A stretch of 54,486 bases of DNA from an uncultured Candidatus Saccharibacteria bacterium (GTDB taxonomy: Bacteria; Patescibacteriota; Minisyncoccia; Phycocordibacterales; UBA2100), in NCBI GenBank assembly GCA_964362175.1, contig CAYIDD010000003.1, forward strand, positions 22,430 to 76,915. The letters are read 5' to 3'. The position numbers and the translations under genes were made by a program. Below the pieces are notes generated by a model. The model was given only the letters and a program-made list of their open reading frames with translations, ran no database searches and was not told the origin of the DNA. The first letter of the stretch is position 1, and every line of letters begins with the position of its first letter. Below, in pieces: positions 27,568 through 37,315 of this stretch.

Positions 27568-28002
27568 ATGGACCACGGACCGGAGGAATTTGCATCGGAG
27601 GCACGACGTTTTGCCAGGGCACTTACTCCACATCCGGAGCATGCGACTGTCGTGGTTTTATCCGGTGAGCTCGGCGCGGGCAAGACGACGTTCGTACAGG
27701 AAATGGCAACGGCTCTCGGTGTTGCGGAGACGGTAACAAGCCCGACATTCGTGCTCGAAAAGATCTATCAACTCAAGGGACAAAAGTTTCCGCACCTCAT
27801 CCACATCGATGCGTATCGCCTGAAAGGTGCGCACGAACTTGAGGCATTGGGGTGGAAAGAGCTTCTGCAAAATGTCGGCAACCTCATTGTTCTCGAATGG
27901 CCGGAGCGGGTTGCGGATCGCGTGCCTGAAGACGCGATACGGATTACACTGACGGGCTCAGGGGATACACGGAAAATCTCGTATGGCTCAAAAGAAACCT
28001 AA
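27568..28002 (+). CDS. tsaE: tRNA t6A37 biosynthesis ATPase TsaE
   Basis: P-loop GELGAGKTTFVQ, SPTF and H.D.YR motifs. ATG at 27568; the ORF-track start at 27526 is GTG. Confidence 0.8.
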   Translation: MDHGPEEFASEARRFARALTPHPEHATVVVLSGELGAGKTTFVQEMATALGVAETVTSPTFVLEKIYQLKGQKFPHLIHIDAYRLKGAHELEALGWKELLQNVGNLIVLEWPERVADRVPEDAIRITLTGSGDTRKISYGSKET

Positions 28003-30388
28003 CACCTCAGAAAGACCAAAGCGGCTCTTGCTGCTGGACTCGCACGCGATCCTCCATCGCGCGTATCACGCATTGCCCGATCTTTCTTCCTCCGATGGCG
28101 CGCCGACGGGTGCCCTGTACGGGCTCATGACGATGCTGCTCAAATCCATTGCCGATCTAAAGCCCGATTACATCGTCGCGGCGCGTGATCGCGCGGAAAA
28201 GACGCATCGGCACGAGCTATTTGAGGATTACAAGGGGACACGCGCAAAGACGGAGGATGCATTAGTGGAGCAGCTGAAGCGGGCGAACAGCGTATTCGAC
28301 GCGTTCGGTATTCCGGTACTCGATGCAGTGGGTTTTGAGGCAGATGACGTCGTGGGGACGATAGCCACCCAAGTCGCGAGAAGAGAAGATCTGGAAACCA
28401 TCATTCTTACGGGCGACATGGACATGCTCCAGCTCATCGTCAACGGGCGCGTGACCGTCTATCGGCTCCTCACGGGGATCTCGAACATGAAATTCTACGA
28501 TGAGGATGCGGTCAAGGAGCGATACGGATTCGGGCCGGAACACATCACCGACTACAAAGGCATGTGCGGCGACCAGTCCGACAATATAAAAGGTATCAAG
28601 GGTATCGGAGAAAAGACGGCGACCGAGCTCATTCAAGCGTTCGGTTCCATCGAGCAGATATACAAAACGCTGAACAAGCATCCGGAGGAGTTCGCGAAAA
28701 AGGGTATCAAGCCGCGCACGGTGAAGCTTTTGGAGGAGGGTAGAGATGCGGCGCTTTTCTCGAAGCAACTCGCGACCATCCGCCGCGATGTCCCCGTCAC
28801 GTTCGAGCTGCCGGATCATCCGTGGCGCATGAGCGATCATGCGGAGGGGATCGTAGCGCTCTGCGACACGCTCGAATTTCGCTCGCTCAAAGAGCGTGTT
28901 CGTTCTGCGGAGAATAATGCGTCTGAGAAGACTCAGGTGGTGCAACTCGCGGGAGAACGGCCCGCGGTGGACGAAACGGCGCTGCGCGAGACCGCGCTTG
29001 CGCTGTGGCTTTTGCATTCAGACACCACGAACCCGACACTGGGGGATATCTTGGAAGAGGCACACACAGAGGATTTCGAGAAAGCGCGCACAGTGATATT
29101 CAAAGATCTGCGCTCGACGGGCCGCCTGCGCGAGGTATTCGAGAAAATAGAGCGGCCACTCATCCCGATAGTGCAGAGAATGAATGCCTCGGGCGTGTAC
29201 GTCGATGCGCCGCACCTCAAGGATCTGGCCAGGGAGTATGGCAAAGAGCTCGGCGTGCTTGCGGGGAAGATCTATCGGCACGCAGGGCACGAGTTCAATA
29301 TCAACTCACCGAAACAGCTCGGCGTTATTTTGTACGACGAGCTCAAGATAAATCCGGTGCGCCAGAAAAAGACGGCGGGCGGCGCGCGCACGACGAAGGA
29401 AAGCGAGCTCGAAAAACTCTCCGACCTGCATCCCATCATCGCCGACATCCTTGCATACCGTGAACTCCAGAAACTCCTCTCCACCTACATCGAGAAGATG
29501 CCCGCGCTTCTCGGGAGCGACAGTCGTTTACGTGCTGAATTTTTGCAGGCAGGCACGACAACGGGTCGTATGTCCTCCCAAAACCCGAACTTGCAGAATA
29601 TTCCCATCAAATCGGATCTGGGGCGCCGGATCCGCTCGGCGTTCGCGGCGCCTGAAGGGCGGGTTTTGGTCGCGCTCGATTACTCGCAGATAGAGCTGCG
29701 CATCGCGGCGGGTCTCTCGGGCGACAAAAAACTCGTCGACGTGTTCAAGAAGGGGGGAGATGTGCACTCTGCAGTCGCGGCAGAGGTGTTTGGTGTGCCG
29801 GCTGAGATGGTGGATTACGAAATGCGCCGACGCGCGAAGGTCATCAATTTCGGCATTCTCTACGGTATGGGCGTGAACGCGCTCCGTGCCAATCTTGGTG
29901 AGACAGTTTCACGCGATGAAGCCGCGAAATTCCTCTCAGAATATTTCAAGAATTTTTCAGGGCTTGCACGCTACATTGAGCACACAAAATCCGAAGCCAC
30001 ACGGCTCGGGTATACGGAAACGCTCTTCGGGCGGCGGAGATATTTTCCCGCACTCAAGTCGTCGATCCCCGGACTCAAGGCGCAGGCGGAGCGTATGGCC
30101 ATGAATGCGCCGATGCAGGGCACGCAGGCGGACATCATCAAACTCGCGATGATAGAGGTCGATACACAGATCGAGAAGAATGGATGGCGCGGTCGCGTCG
30201 AGCTCGTGCTGCAAGTGCACGACGAGCTCGTGTATGAGGTCGACGAGAAAATCGCCGAAGAGGCGGCGCATGTGATACGCAAGGTGATGGAGTCAGTGGT
30301 GCCGCGCGAGAAACTCTCGCATGTTCCGATCCTTGCGGAGGCGGTAGTGGGGAAGAATTGGGGGGCCCTCACGAGAATATCACGTTGA
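27983..30388 (+). CDS. polA: DNA polymerase I
   Basis: 5'-nuclease N-terminus (LLLLDSHAILHRAYHA), pol motif A DYSQIELRI, motif B RRRAKVINFGILYG and motif C QVHDELV. Confidence 0.95.
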   Translation: MAQKKPNTSERPKRLLLLDSHAILHRAYHALPDLSSSDGAPTGALYGLMTMLLKSIADLKPDYIVAARDRAEKTHRHELFEDYKGTRAKTEDALVEQLKRANSVFDAFGIPVLDAVGFEADDVVGTIATQVARREDLETIILTGDMDMLQLIVNGRVTVYRLLTGISNMKFYDEDAVKERYGFGPEHITDYKGMCGDQSDNIKGIKGIGEKTATELIQAFGSIEQIYKTLNKHPEEFAKKGIKPRTVKLLEEGRDAALFSKQLATIRRDVPVTFELPDHPWRMSDHAEGIVALCDTLEFRSLKERVRSAENNASEKTQVVQLAGERPAVDETALRETALALWLLHSDTTNPTLGDILEEAHTEDFEKARTVIFKDLRSTGRLREVFEKIERPLIPIVQRMNASGVYVDAPHLKDLAREYGKELGVLAGKIYRHAGHEFNINSPKQLGVILYDELKINPVRQKKTAGGARTTKESELEKLSDLHPIIADILAYRELQKLLSTYIEKMPALLGSDSRLRAEFLQAGTTTGRMSSQNPNLQNIPIKSDLGRRIRSAFAAPEGRVLVALDYSQIELRIAAGLSGDKKLVDVFKKGGDVHSAVAAEVFGVPAEMVDYEMRRRAKVINFGILYGMGVNALRANLGETVSRDEAAKFLSEYFKNFSGLARYIEHTKSEATRLGYTETLFGRRRYFPALKSSIPGLKAQAERMAMNAPMQGTQADIIKLAMIEVDTQIEKNGWRGRVELVLQVHDELVYEVDEKIAEEAAHVIRKVMESVVPREKLSHVPILAEAVVGKNWGALTRISR

Positions 30389-30389
30389 T

Positions 30390-31031
30390 ATGCTGTACTT
30401 TTTTTCAGGTACTGATAGAGAGAAGGCGCGCGCGGCGCTGAATGCGGCGCTGGAAAAGGCGGCAAAAAAGGTGTCGAGGATTGCGCGTGTCACCGATGCG
30501 AATACGCGCGCTGATCTGCAATCGGTGCTTCAGGGTGGGGGAATGTTCGGGGAGACGCGCACGATCGTGTTTGACGGCACACTGGCGAATGAAGAAATGC
30601 GCGATCTCGTGACCAATTCGCTCCCCGCTCTCAAAGAATCTCGGGAGACTTTCTTCATTCTCGAAGAGAGGCCTGATGCGGATACAAGGAAACGGATAGA
30701 AAAGTATGCGGAAAGATCGGAACGATTTGATACTGCGGGAAAAAGGCGGGACGGGAGCGTATTTGCGATGGCGAACGCACTCGCGAAACGCGACAAGCGC
30801 GCACTCTGGTTGAATTATCAAGGGGAACTCGCCAAAGGCACGGCACCCGAGGCTATTCATGGGGTGCTTTTTTGGGGCGCCAAGGATATGCTGCTGAGAT
30901 CTCGCGTGGGGGGATCGAGTGAACGCGCACAAAAACTGGTCGCGGCGCTTGCTGAACTGCCGCACGAGTCCCGTCGTCGTGGAGAGGAGCTCGAATATGC
31001 ACTTGAGCGATTTGTTCTCTCAGGGCTGTGA
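30390..31031 (+). CDS. short DNA polymerase III delta-subunit-like protein
   Basis: The N-terminal pattern (MLYFFSGTD...GGGMFGETRTIVFDG) resembles HolA, but the protein is only 213 aa. Confidence 0.45.
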   Translation: MLYFFSGTDREKARAALNAALEKAAKKVSRIARVTDANTRADLQSVLQGGGMFGETRTIVFDGTLANEEMRDLVTNSLPALKESRETFFILEERPDADTRKRIEKYAERSERFDTAGKRRDGSVFAMANALAKRDKRALWLNYQGELAKGTAPEAIHGVLFWGAKDMLLRSRVGGSSERAQKLVAALAELPHESRRRGEELEYALERFVLSGL

Positions 31032-31044
31032 TAGAATTGTCGGC

Positions 31045-32319
31045 ATGGAGAGGCGGCATTCCGCGCAGGTTTTCGTCTTTTGTTTTCCTGCCCTCATACT
31101 CAGCTTATTCGTGGTGACATTTTTCCCGCGTGCCTTGTTTGCTCTGGACATGCAAGCAGATTCACAATGCATCCCGGTCATTCAACAATGCGGATGCGGC
31201 CAAATAATGGGTCCGAAGGGGTGTACGGGGGGCGCGAACAAGTTCATGTGTCCTTGCGTAGACATGACGAGTGGCTTTGCCACGAAGGGGATATGCGTGT
31301 CTAACTTTACGTGCAAAGCTACATCTGCGGCCGATGGCAAACTAGATCCCGGCATGGCACAGCTCGGAAAAATTCTCAGCGATCTCATGCAAAAGCTCAT
31401 GCAGGGCGGGCAAGGTGGAGCGGGCGACAGCCCACCGCCACCAATTACGGGGACGCAAGGTTGCACGCAGTATTTCCAGACGTCCGATATCTCGCAGGTC
31501 TCGAATCCGTGCGCGCAGTATGTACCGGCCGTTTCCGAGGGCATCACTACTACAGACTCAAATGGTTGCGATCCCTTGAGCGCGGTACTCGGCATGTGTG
31601 GAGGGGAAAATGCCAACACGAACGCAAACATCAATACGGGCAGTTCTACGGGCACGAGTGTAAGGCCCGCCGCTACGACGACTCCGCGTATCATTTTTCA
31701 ACCCACAGGTGTCGGCGGCATAGGAGTACCGGGTGGTTTCCGCGGCGATATTCTCACTCGCGACAGGGGGGCGACCGCCATTGCCGGAGCACGCGATGAA
31801 AAGAGTAATGTCGAGGTCGCGGGGTTCTATGGCTCCGATACCTTCGGCGGGCAATCGGCTGGTCTCATGGCGCGGTGGTGTCGGGAGCGGCCGTGGGCGA
31901 GCAATTTTCTCGGAAAGATCGTTGACCCCGGGGTTTTCGATGTGTTGTGCAAAGCGCGCGGCTATCAAGTCGGCGAACCGCCGCCTCCTTCGCAGGGGAC
32001 AGTGGTCAGAGTGAATAAGGCGCCTGTCGCAACATCGACACCCAAGGCTGCAACATCAACACCGACCGTTAAGCCAAAAGTAGACATCTGGGCGGTCCCG
32101 GCCTCGGTGCCACTCGGCGCTCGCACATCGATTTTCTGGAGCGCGCAGGGTGTCGTGAGTTGCGTGGAAACATCGACCGATGGCAGCTTCAATCAGAGAT
32201 CTCTTTCAGGGGGTGCCGCGACGGTGCCGATTACGATGGCAACCACCTTTACTATCGAGTGCGATGTCTCTGACGGTACAAAAATACGCGGGTCGGCGAC
32301 CGTCAATCTAAAGATCTGA
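31045..32319 (+). CDS. secreted Cys-rich protein with a C-terminal Ig-like domain
   Basis: ATG at 31045 precedes a hydrophobic signal (VFVFCFPALILSLFVVTFF). The N-terminal half has many Cys. The C-terminal ~80 aa resemble the C-terminal repeats of the 45928-48078 product. Confidence 0.6.
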   Translation: MERRHSAQVFVFCFPALILSLFVVTFFPRALFALDMQADSQCIPVIQQCGCGQIMGPKGCTGGANKFMCPCVDMTSGFATKGICVSNFTCKATSAADGKLDPGMAQLGKILSDLMQKLMQGGQGGAGDSPPPPITGTQGCTQYFQTSDISQVSNPCAQYVPAVSEGITTTDSNGCDPLSAVLGMCGGENANTNANINTGSSTGTSVRPAATTTPRIIFQPTGVGGIGVPGGFRGDILTRDRGATAIAGARDEKSNVEVAGFYGSDTFGGQSAGLMARWCRERPWASNFLGKIVDPGVFDVLCKARGYQVGEPPPPSQGTVVRVNKAPVATSTPKAATSTPTVKPKVDIWAVPASVPLGARTSIFWSAQGVVSCVETSTDGSFNQRSLSGGAATVPITMATTFTIECDVSDGTKIRGSATVNLKI

Positions 32320-32490
32320 TGCGATGAACGCGTTTTTTGATGAGGTGCAAAAGCACTTGAGCGGTTTGAAGAAGCCCTGAAACTCGCCGTCTAAGCGCTC
32401 CGGTGCTATATTTTCGGTACCCGCCCATGTGTTCATATGGACGGGGCAGTCGGAGAATATGAAAGTGAACTTTCATATTGCTCCTCTTTG

Positions 32491-32563
32491 CCGCCCATAG
32501 CTCAGTTGGTAGAGCGGCTCCCTTTTAAGGAGAAGGTCCCAGGTTCGAATCCTGGTGGGCGGA
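32491..32563 (+). tRNA. tRNA-Lys(UUU), no encoded CCA
   Basis: Acceptor ccgccca/tgggcgg, D-arm gctc-agttggta-gagc, anticodon loop cTTTTaa, T-arm ccagg-ttcgaat-cctgg, discriminator A. Confidence 0.9.
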
Positions 32564-34153
32564 CACGATAGGACTGGACTCGTATAACGAGTCGAAATGT
32601 CCTTGTTTACTTGCCTTTTTCGTAGGTTCTAACGGTTCGTGGAGGATAGCCACCTCTGCGGCTAGCTTTTTCATTGGTAGAAGCATATTCGCCCCATCGA
32701 ATATGACTTTTCTGTCTTTCAGGGTCAGGTTCGAACCGAGCGCGAGAAAGATGCCTCTACGTTCAACGGGTGTGCCGTTCTTGAATTTGTTGCGCGCATT
32801 GGTCACGAACGACAACGCGAATTCCATATTGTCAGCCCATGTGTTGAACCTGCCGTCTGTATCTGCAAGCGACTCGCTGAGACGCTCCTTTTCTTCCATG
32901 GCGGCTACTTTCTTCTCGCGTAGCTCGTCCTCGGTGATCTCGTTATTGGCTCGCATATCTATAAGGCGCTCGATTTTGAGAATCGTGGAGTTGTAAGCTC
33001 GCTGCTGTGCTTCAATCGCCGCACCGCGAGATCCACGATCCTTTTCGATCTCTTTTCGGATCCACTTCATGCCCCAAAGGTGGAATGACTCTGGGATCTC
33101 CAAGGACGCGAGCTCGGCATCAATCTGAGATTCAAGGACTTTTTCCTCTACCGCACCCTGCGAGCAAGGGATCTTGCTCCGCTTAGTGCAGTGATAGTAG
33201 ACATAGCGGTGAGTGTTTCCATTCTTTTGGGCCTTCTTCTTTTCCTCGGCAGTAATCGACATGGCACATTCGCCGCATTTCATCATGCCGGTAAATGCGA
33301 ATACGTGGGTTTGCGGGCGCGGCCTGCCTTTTCTACCGAGAAGAATCTGCACCCTGTCATACTCTGCTTCTGTAATCATCGCTTCATGCAACCCTTGATA
33401 CCAAGTCCCGCTGTTTCTCGGAAACTCGTATTTACCATAATAGAACGGGTTCGTAAAAAGATAATAGATATTGCTTCGCGACATCTTTCGTCCCTTGCGA
33501 GAACGCAGACCCCATTGCTCCGTTGCGATTTCTAGAAGCGAGGATGGATTGTGAACACCTCTCAACATTTCGTCCCACAGCTTGCGAACGATCTCGAAAC
33601 GCTCGGCATCCTTATATATCGTGTTGCTTCCCTTGGCGTTCGTCTTGGTATTGAGATAGCCAATCGGCGGCTGTACCGGATACCAACCCATCTCTGCTTT
33701 CTTCTTGAGGCCTCTTGTGACGTTGACCGCGAGATCGCGCGAGTATTGATTGGCCATACCGAACTCGACACTCATCAGCAGCACGTTGTCTTGGGGGTAG
33801 TAGCTGCGCTCATATGATCGGATGTGTCGAATCGCGCTCATCTGTAGCATGTTGATTACTCGTCCGCCGTCCACCATATTTCGCGCGAGGCGGTCAAGTT
33901 TCCAACACAAAATTCCGTCTGCCTCGCCTCTCTCCATCTGGTCGAGCATATCCTTGAAGACAGGTCGTCCGAGTGCTTTTGCAGACTTTGATTCTTCGAA
34001 GACGCGGACGATGCGCAGATTTTCTAGCCGTGCGATTTTCTCAAGTTCACTTACTTGAGATTCGATGGAAAGCACCTGGCGGTCTTCCGACTCAGTAGAT
34101 TTCCGGGCATAGAGAAAATACCTGGGCGACTTACTACTTTTCATGTTCATCAT
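32525..34153 (-). CDS. large serine recombinase (integrase)
   Basis: Resolvase-type N-terminus YARKSTESEDRQVLSIESQ, a recombinase domain, a zinc ribbon (CGECAMS...YYHCTKR) and a coiled-coil region. The last 12 codons plus the stop run antisense through tRNA-Lys. Confidence 0.9.
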   Translation of the reverse strand: MMNMKSSKSPRYFLYARKSTESEDRQVLSIESQVSELEKIARLENLRIVRVFEESKSAKALGRPVFKDMLDQMERGEADGILCWKLDRLARNMVDGGRVINMLQMSAIRHIRSYERSYYPQDNVLLMSVEFGMANQYSRDLAVNVTRGLKKKAEMGWYPVQPPIGYLNTKTNAKGSNTIYKDAERFEIVRKLWDEMLRGVHNPSSLLEIATEQWGLRSRKGRKMSRSNIYYLFTNPFYYGKYEFPRNSGTWYQGLHEAMITEAEYDRVQILLGRKGRPRPQTHVFAFTGMMKCGECAMSITAEEKKKAQKNGNTHRYVYYHCTKRSKIPCSQGAVEEKVLESQIDAELASLEIPESFHLWGMKWIRKEIEKDRGSRGAAIEAQQRAYNSTILKIERLIDMRANNEITEDELREKKVAAMEEKERLSESLADTDGRFNTWADNMEFALSFVTNARNKFKNGTPVERRGIFLALGSNLTLKDRKVIFDGANMLLPMKKLAAEVAILHEPLEPTKKASKQGHFDSLYESSPIVSAHQDSNLGPSP

Positions 34154-34230
34154 AGTGCCGTGGTTGATTGGTCTTGTAAGCGGGTGCCTGTTGCTTGCCG
34201 CGCCCTATAGGGCATAACGAGCAACAGGCA

Positions 34231-36138
34231 TTATTCTGCTGGTGGATCTCCCAGCCAGTTTTCGTCGGGTAAGAGATGGTAGAGGTTTTGATTCGGCGCG
34301 CCTCCCGTACTCTTGATTGTTAGCCCCTTCGACACCGCTTCTTTCCGTGTTTTCATTTCGGCATAGCCCTGGCTCACTAGGTCTCTAAGCGCAGACCTGA
34401 CGGTTGAGGTACCTCCGACTCCAAGAGAGACCAGGTCTTCAACAGAAAGCCACGTATCTTCTGCGCCGAGCGCATCAGTAACTCTTTCGGTCACTTTGCT
34501 TTCTTCGCGTTCCTCGTCCTTGTGGGGGCGATAGATAAACCCCCAAGGTGATGAACTCACAAGCAGTTCAAATGGATTGATTTTCTCATCAGCTTTCAGC
34601 TTTTGCTGTCGAGCGACTATAAACGTCTCTCCCTTTTCACTTTGAGCGTAGAGCGACAGGTGACCGTGCACAGCCGCATTGATCGCGCTGCTCCCTCTAG
34701 TTTCCTCGCCATCGTTTTTATTCCCACCAAATGGAGGCTTTTTTCTGTTGTGATGCGTGAAGATTACAGTGAGACCTTTTTGCGTGAATTTCTTCAACTG
34801 GTCGATTACCGACTGCATTTCCTGCGAGCTGTTTTCCTCCTTGTCGTGTACGCTCCGCAAAGAATCGAAAATAATCATCGTGATGCCTTTTGATTCGGCT
34901 TCAGCAAGCAGTTTGGTCACGTATGCGTCCGTCAGCTTTATTCCTTCGAGTACATGAAAGAAGATGGGCAAACCAACGAACTCATCAGCAAGCATCTTCA
35001 TTCTGTTTTGGATGAGACGCTCGCTATCCTCCTCGTTCACGACCATCACCAATTGCTTCGTTGTCTCGAATGTCCCCCAAAGCATCGATCCCTTCGCCGT
35101 CGCGAGCGCGATTTCCAAGATCACCCAGCTTTTGTAGTGATTCGGAGGGGCGCTAATCATATTGATCGTGCCTGACTCGAACAGTTTTTCGACAGCCCAC
35201 TGTGCCGCGGGAAACTCCCGCGTCATGAGCTCATCGAGAGAAAATGCCGGCCGGAATGCTCTCCCTTCCTGAGGTTCGGTGTGAGGTATTCGGGGATTTG
35301 CTCGCACCCGGCCCCACGCTGACTCGAATTGTTTGTCCGCTTCTCCGCCCGCCGCGTGGAAGTTATCTCCGATCTCGAAGTTCTTATCGATGACAGCGCG
35401 ATACATCGTGTGGGCAATGTCCCGCGAGCCAAGGTCGCCAAACTGGTTGCATATTTTCAGGGCGAGACGGAAAGACTTCAAATGTCTTTCCCCCTGCTTC
35501 GCATACAGAACTTCTTCCATTGGAAGAAAAGTCTTTTTGTGTCCGATGATATCATGCTGCGGAAGCAGTCCTGCGAAGTCTGATTCGCTGTACCTATTGT
35601 CAGTCACGTTGCCGAGCTTCATTTCTTTTCCTGAGCCGTCCTTCCAGTACTTTCCAAAAGGGATGCGGAGAATCCGAGCGATGTCTCGCGCCGCCTTGTC
35701 GCCGTCGAAAGCTTGAGTGAGAGCGTCTTGAATACGCTCGTACTCGCGCTTCTGGTCGTCCGTCGGGTTTATGATTGGCTCTTTCAGAATCCAGTACCCG
35801 TGAACCCCGCGCCCCGTCTCGACCATAGCGGTGAAAGGGATGCCTTTTTCTGCTGCCAACAACGCTGCCTCGTTCTTAATATCGCGCACGGGTTTATCTG
35901 GGTTATCGATTTCAACAAAGTGTGCATTGAGCGAGGTAACGAACTCGATTTTTCGGTGGCGATTTCGAGGGAAATTCGCGAATCCGTTCACCGTGAAATA
36001 CGCGCCCCATCGGCCATAGTTATTCAACTCAATCACATCTCGCAGTTCACTCTTGTGACGGGGAGGGTGTTCCTTTTTCTCATCAAGACTAACGAACACA
36101 GGGTCACGAAACATCTTCAGGAATTCTTCTTGCGTCAT
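34231..36138 (-). CDS. primase-polymerase (AEP) fused to a RecA-like/AAA_25 ATPase and a C-terminal wHTH
   Basis: AEP motifs HFVEIDNPD, TGRGVHGYW and ARILRIPF. A P-loop-like SAPPNHYKSW is followed by VMVVNEEDS and IIFDSLRS. ATG at 36138; the ORF-track start at 36159 is GTG. Confidence 0.75.
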   Translation of the reverse strand: MTQEEFLKMFRDPVFVSLDEKKEHPPRHKSELRDVIELNNYGRWGAYFTVNGFANFPRNRHRKIEFVTSLNAHFVEIDNPDKPVRDIKNEAALLAAEKGIPFTAMVETGRGVHGYWILKEPIINPTDDQKREYERIQDALTQAFDGDKAARDIARILRIPFGKYWKDGSGKEMKLGNVTDNRYSESDFAGLLPQHDIIGHKKTFLPMEEVLYAKQGERHLKSFRLALKICNQFGDLGSRDIAHTMYRAVIDKNFEIGDNFHAAGGEADKQFESAWGRVRANPRIPHTEPQEGRAFRPAFSLDELMTREFPAAQWAVEKLFESGTINMISAPPNHYKSWVILEIALATAKGSMLWGTFETTKQLVMVVNEEDSERLIQNRMKMLADEFVGLPIFFHVLEGIKLTDAYVTKLLAEAESKGITMIIFDSLRSVHDKEENSSQEMQSVIDQLKKFTQKGLTVIFTHHNRKKPPFGGNKNDGEETRGSSAINAAVHGHLSLYAQSEKGETFIVARQQKLKADEKINPFELLVSSSPWGFIYRPHKDEEREESKVTERVTDALGAEDTWLSVEDLVSLGVGGTSTVRSALRDLVSQGYAEMKTRKEAVSKGLTIKSTGGAPNQNLYHLLPDENWLGDPPAE

Positions 36139-36140
36139 GA

Positions 36141-36281
36141 TTATTTTTCGCCGATGCACACGGCACGATAAAGATTGATAAGTGCCTGCGCGCGAGCAGC
36201 GGCTTCTTCAAAAGAAAGTTCCACGCCGTACCGTTCTTGGTACAGCTTTCTGAACTCCTCGATTGCATCTCGCGGAAGCAT
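36141..36281 (-). CDS. small helical protein (46 aa), possibly coupled to the primase gene
   Basis: Hand translation gives MLPRDAIEEFRKLYQERYGVELSFEEAAARAQALINLYRAVCIGEK*. The stop lies 2 nt before the primase ATG. It is too short for the ORF track. Confidence 0.35.
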   Translation of the reverse strand: MLPRDAIEEFRKLYQERYGVELSFEEAAARAQALINLYRAVCIGEK

Positions 36282-36326
36282 GTCCGCGATAATATCGACC
36301 AGGGCGTTGACTCAATTTCGGGTCAA

Positions 36327-37001
36327 CTAGTAATTGCGGCAGAGTGCCTTATTTCTCCATGAGATTAGTCGGTCTTTTGTGCCGTACTTTTTTTGCACTC
36401 GTTCGTTTAGGTTGTACATGGCATCTCGTACAGGGGGCATATGTTTCTTGACGTCTAGACGTCGCGTATCGAGCCCGGTCATGTACGCCGCGACGTTCTC
36501 CCAGGAGATCGCCGCCCCAACAGGTTCGCGAAAAATGACTTCGCAAAGATCAGCTTCATTCTTGTGCGGCGGGAGCGGACAAGGGGTACCGTTTACGAGC
36601 AGAGAAGATGTCCTCGCGTCAAAAGATATTTCGCAATCTACAAGGCGTACCTTTTCTATGGGAATGTTCAGGCTCTCTCGAATCTTTTTTGCGAGGGTTT
36701 TGAAGTCCAACGAGACCTCAAGTCTAGCGAGTGTGTGATATTTTACGTCTAATTCTGGCGGCTCAATCGGGCGCTCCTTGTTCCTGTAGTGGAGCACCCA
36801 GAACTTCTTTATCGTGACGGGGTGGTTCGCAGCCAGGGAGCGAAGCGCATCGCCCAGCTCTTCTAGCCGAATATGGTTCTGTTGCAGGTCGTTGAGAGTG
36901 ATTGCAATATCTTGAAAGCCCGAAGGGTTTTTTACGCCAAAAGTGAACCTGTATTCCAAGACATCTAGAATCTTTTCCATAAGGATAGCGGGGGCATCCA
37001 T
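36327..37001 (-). CDS. island protein with a C-terminal OmpR/PhoB-type winged-helix DNA-binding domain
   Basis: LLVNGTPCPLPPHKNEADLCEVIFREPVGAAISWENVAAYM...RLISWRNKALCRN matches the trans_reg_C pattern by eye. Confidence 0.5.
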   Translation of the reverse strand: MDAPAILMEKILDVLEYRFTFGVKNPSGFQDIAITLNDLQQNHIRLEELGDALRSLAANHPVTIKKFWVLHYRNKERPIEPPELDVKYHTLARLEVSLDFKTLAKKIRESLNIPIEKVRLVDCEISFDARTSSLLVNGTPCPLPPHKNEADLCEVIFREPVGAAISWENVAAYMTGLDTRRLDVKKHMPPVRDAMYNLNERVQKKYGTKDRLISWRNKALCRNY

Positions 37002-37070
37002 GAGGTCGTCATGATACGCGCTTATGCCCTTCGGCTCAATGTTTGCGGGACCGTGCTAGTTTCTGGGCTC

Positions 37071-37155
37071 CCACGGCCTCCCCGGAAGCTAGTTTTGGCC
37101 TAGTTTAGCTGGTTTATCACAGAGTCCATCCGGAGAGCCTCCGGGGCTGCCGTGG
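37071..37155. repeat. GC-rich imperfect inverted repeat (14/16 bp arms) in the island control region
   Basis: ccacggcctccccgga (37071-37086) pairs with tccggggctgccgtgg (37140-37155). The interior has a ctagttt direct repeat and a ccgga/tccgg hairpin. Confidence 0.55.
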
Positions 37156-37177
37156 TGAGCCACGGGACGTTCCGGGC

Positions 37178-37315
37178 TTGATAGAACAAGCAATATCAGG
37201 TTCTTTAGGTTAAAAACCTAAGCATTTTTGATTAACTTGATATTTAATCAATCTTTTTGGAGCCTGATATAACAGCTCATTATCAGTTCCCGTTGATAGA
37301 ACAGCGCGATATCAG
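37178..37315. promoter_or_regulatory. direct repeats (operator- or iteron-like) in the divergent island control region
   Basis: ttgatagaaca-agca-atatcag (37178-37199) and ttgatagaaca-gcgcg-atatcag (37293-37315). An inverted half-site ctgatat lies at 37264-37270 and a palindrome taggttaaaaaccta at 37206-37220. Confidence 0.5.

Noticed and set aside
25924-29017. Long antisense ORFs inside pilB (25924-26784, 286 aa) and polA (28262-29017, 251 aa).
   Set aside because: These are shadow frames of strongly supported genes and carry no motifs.
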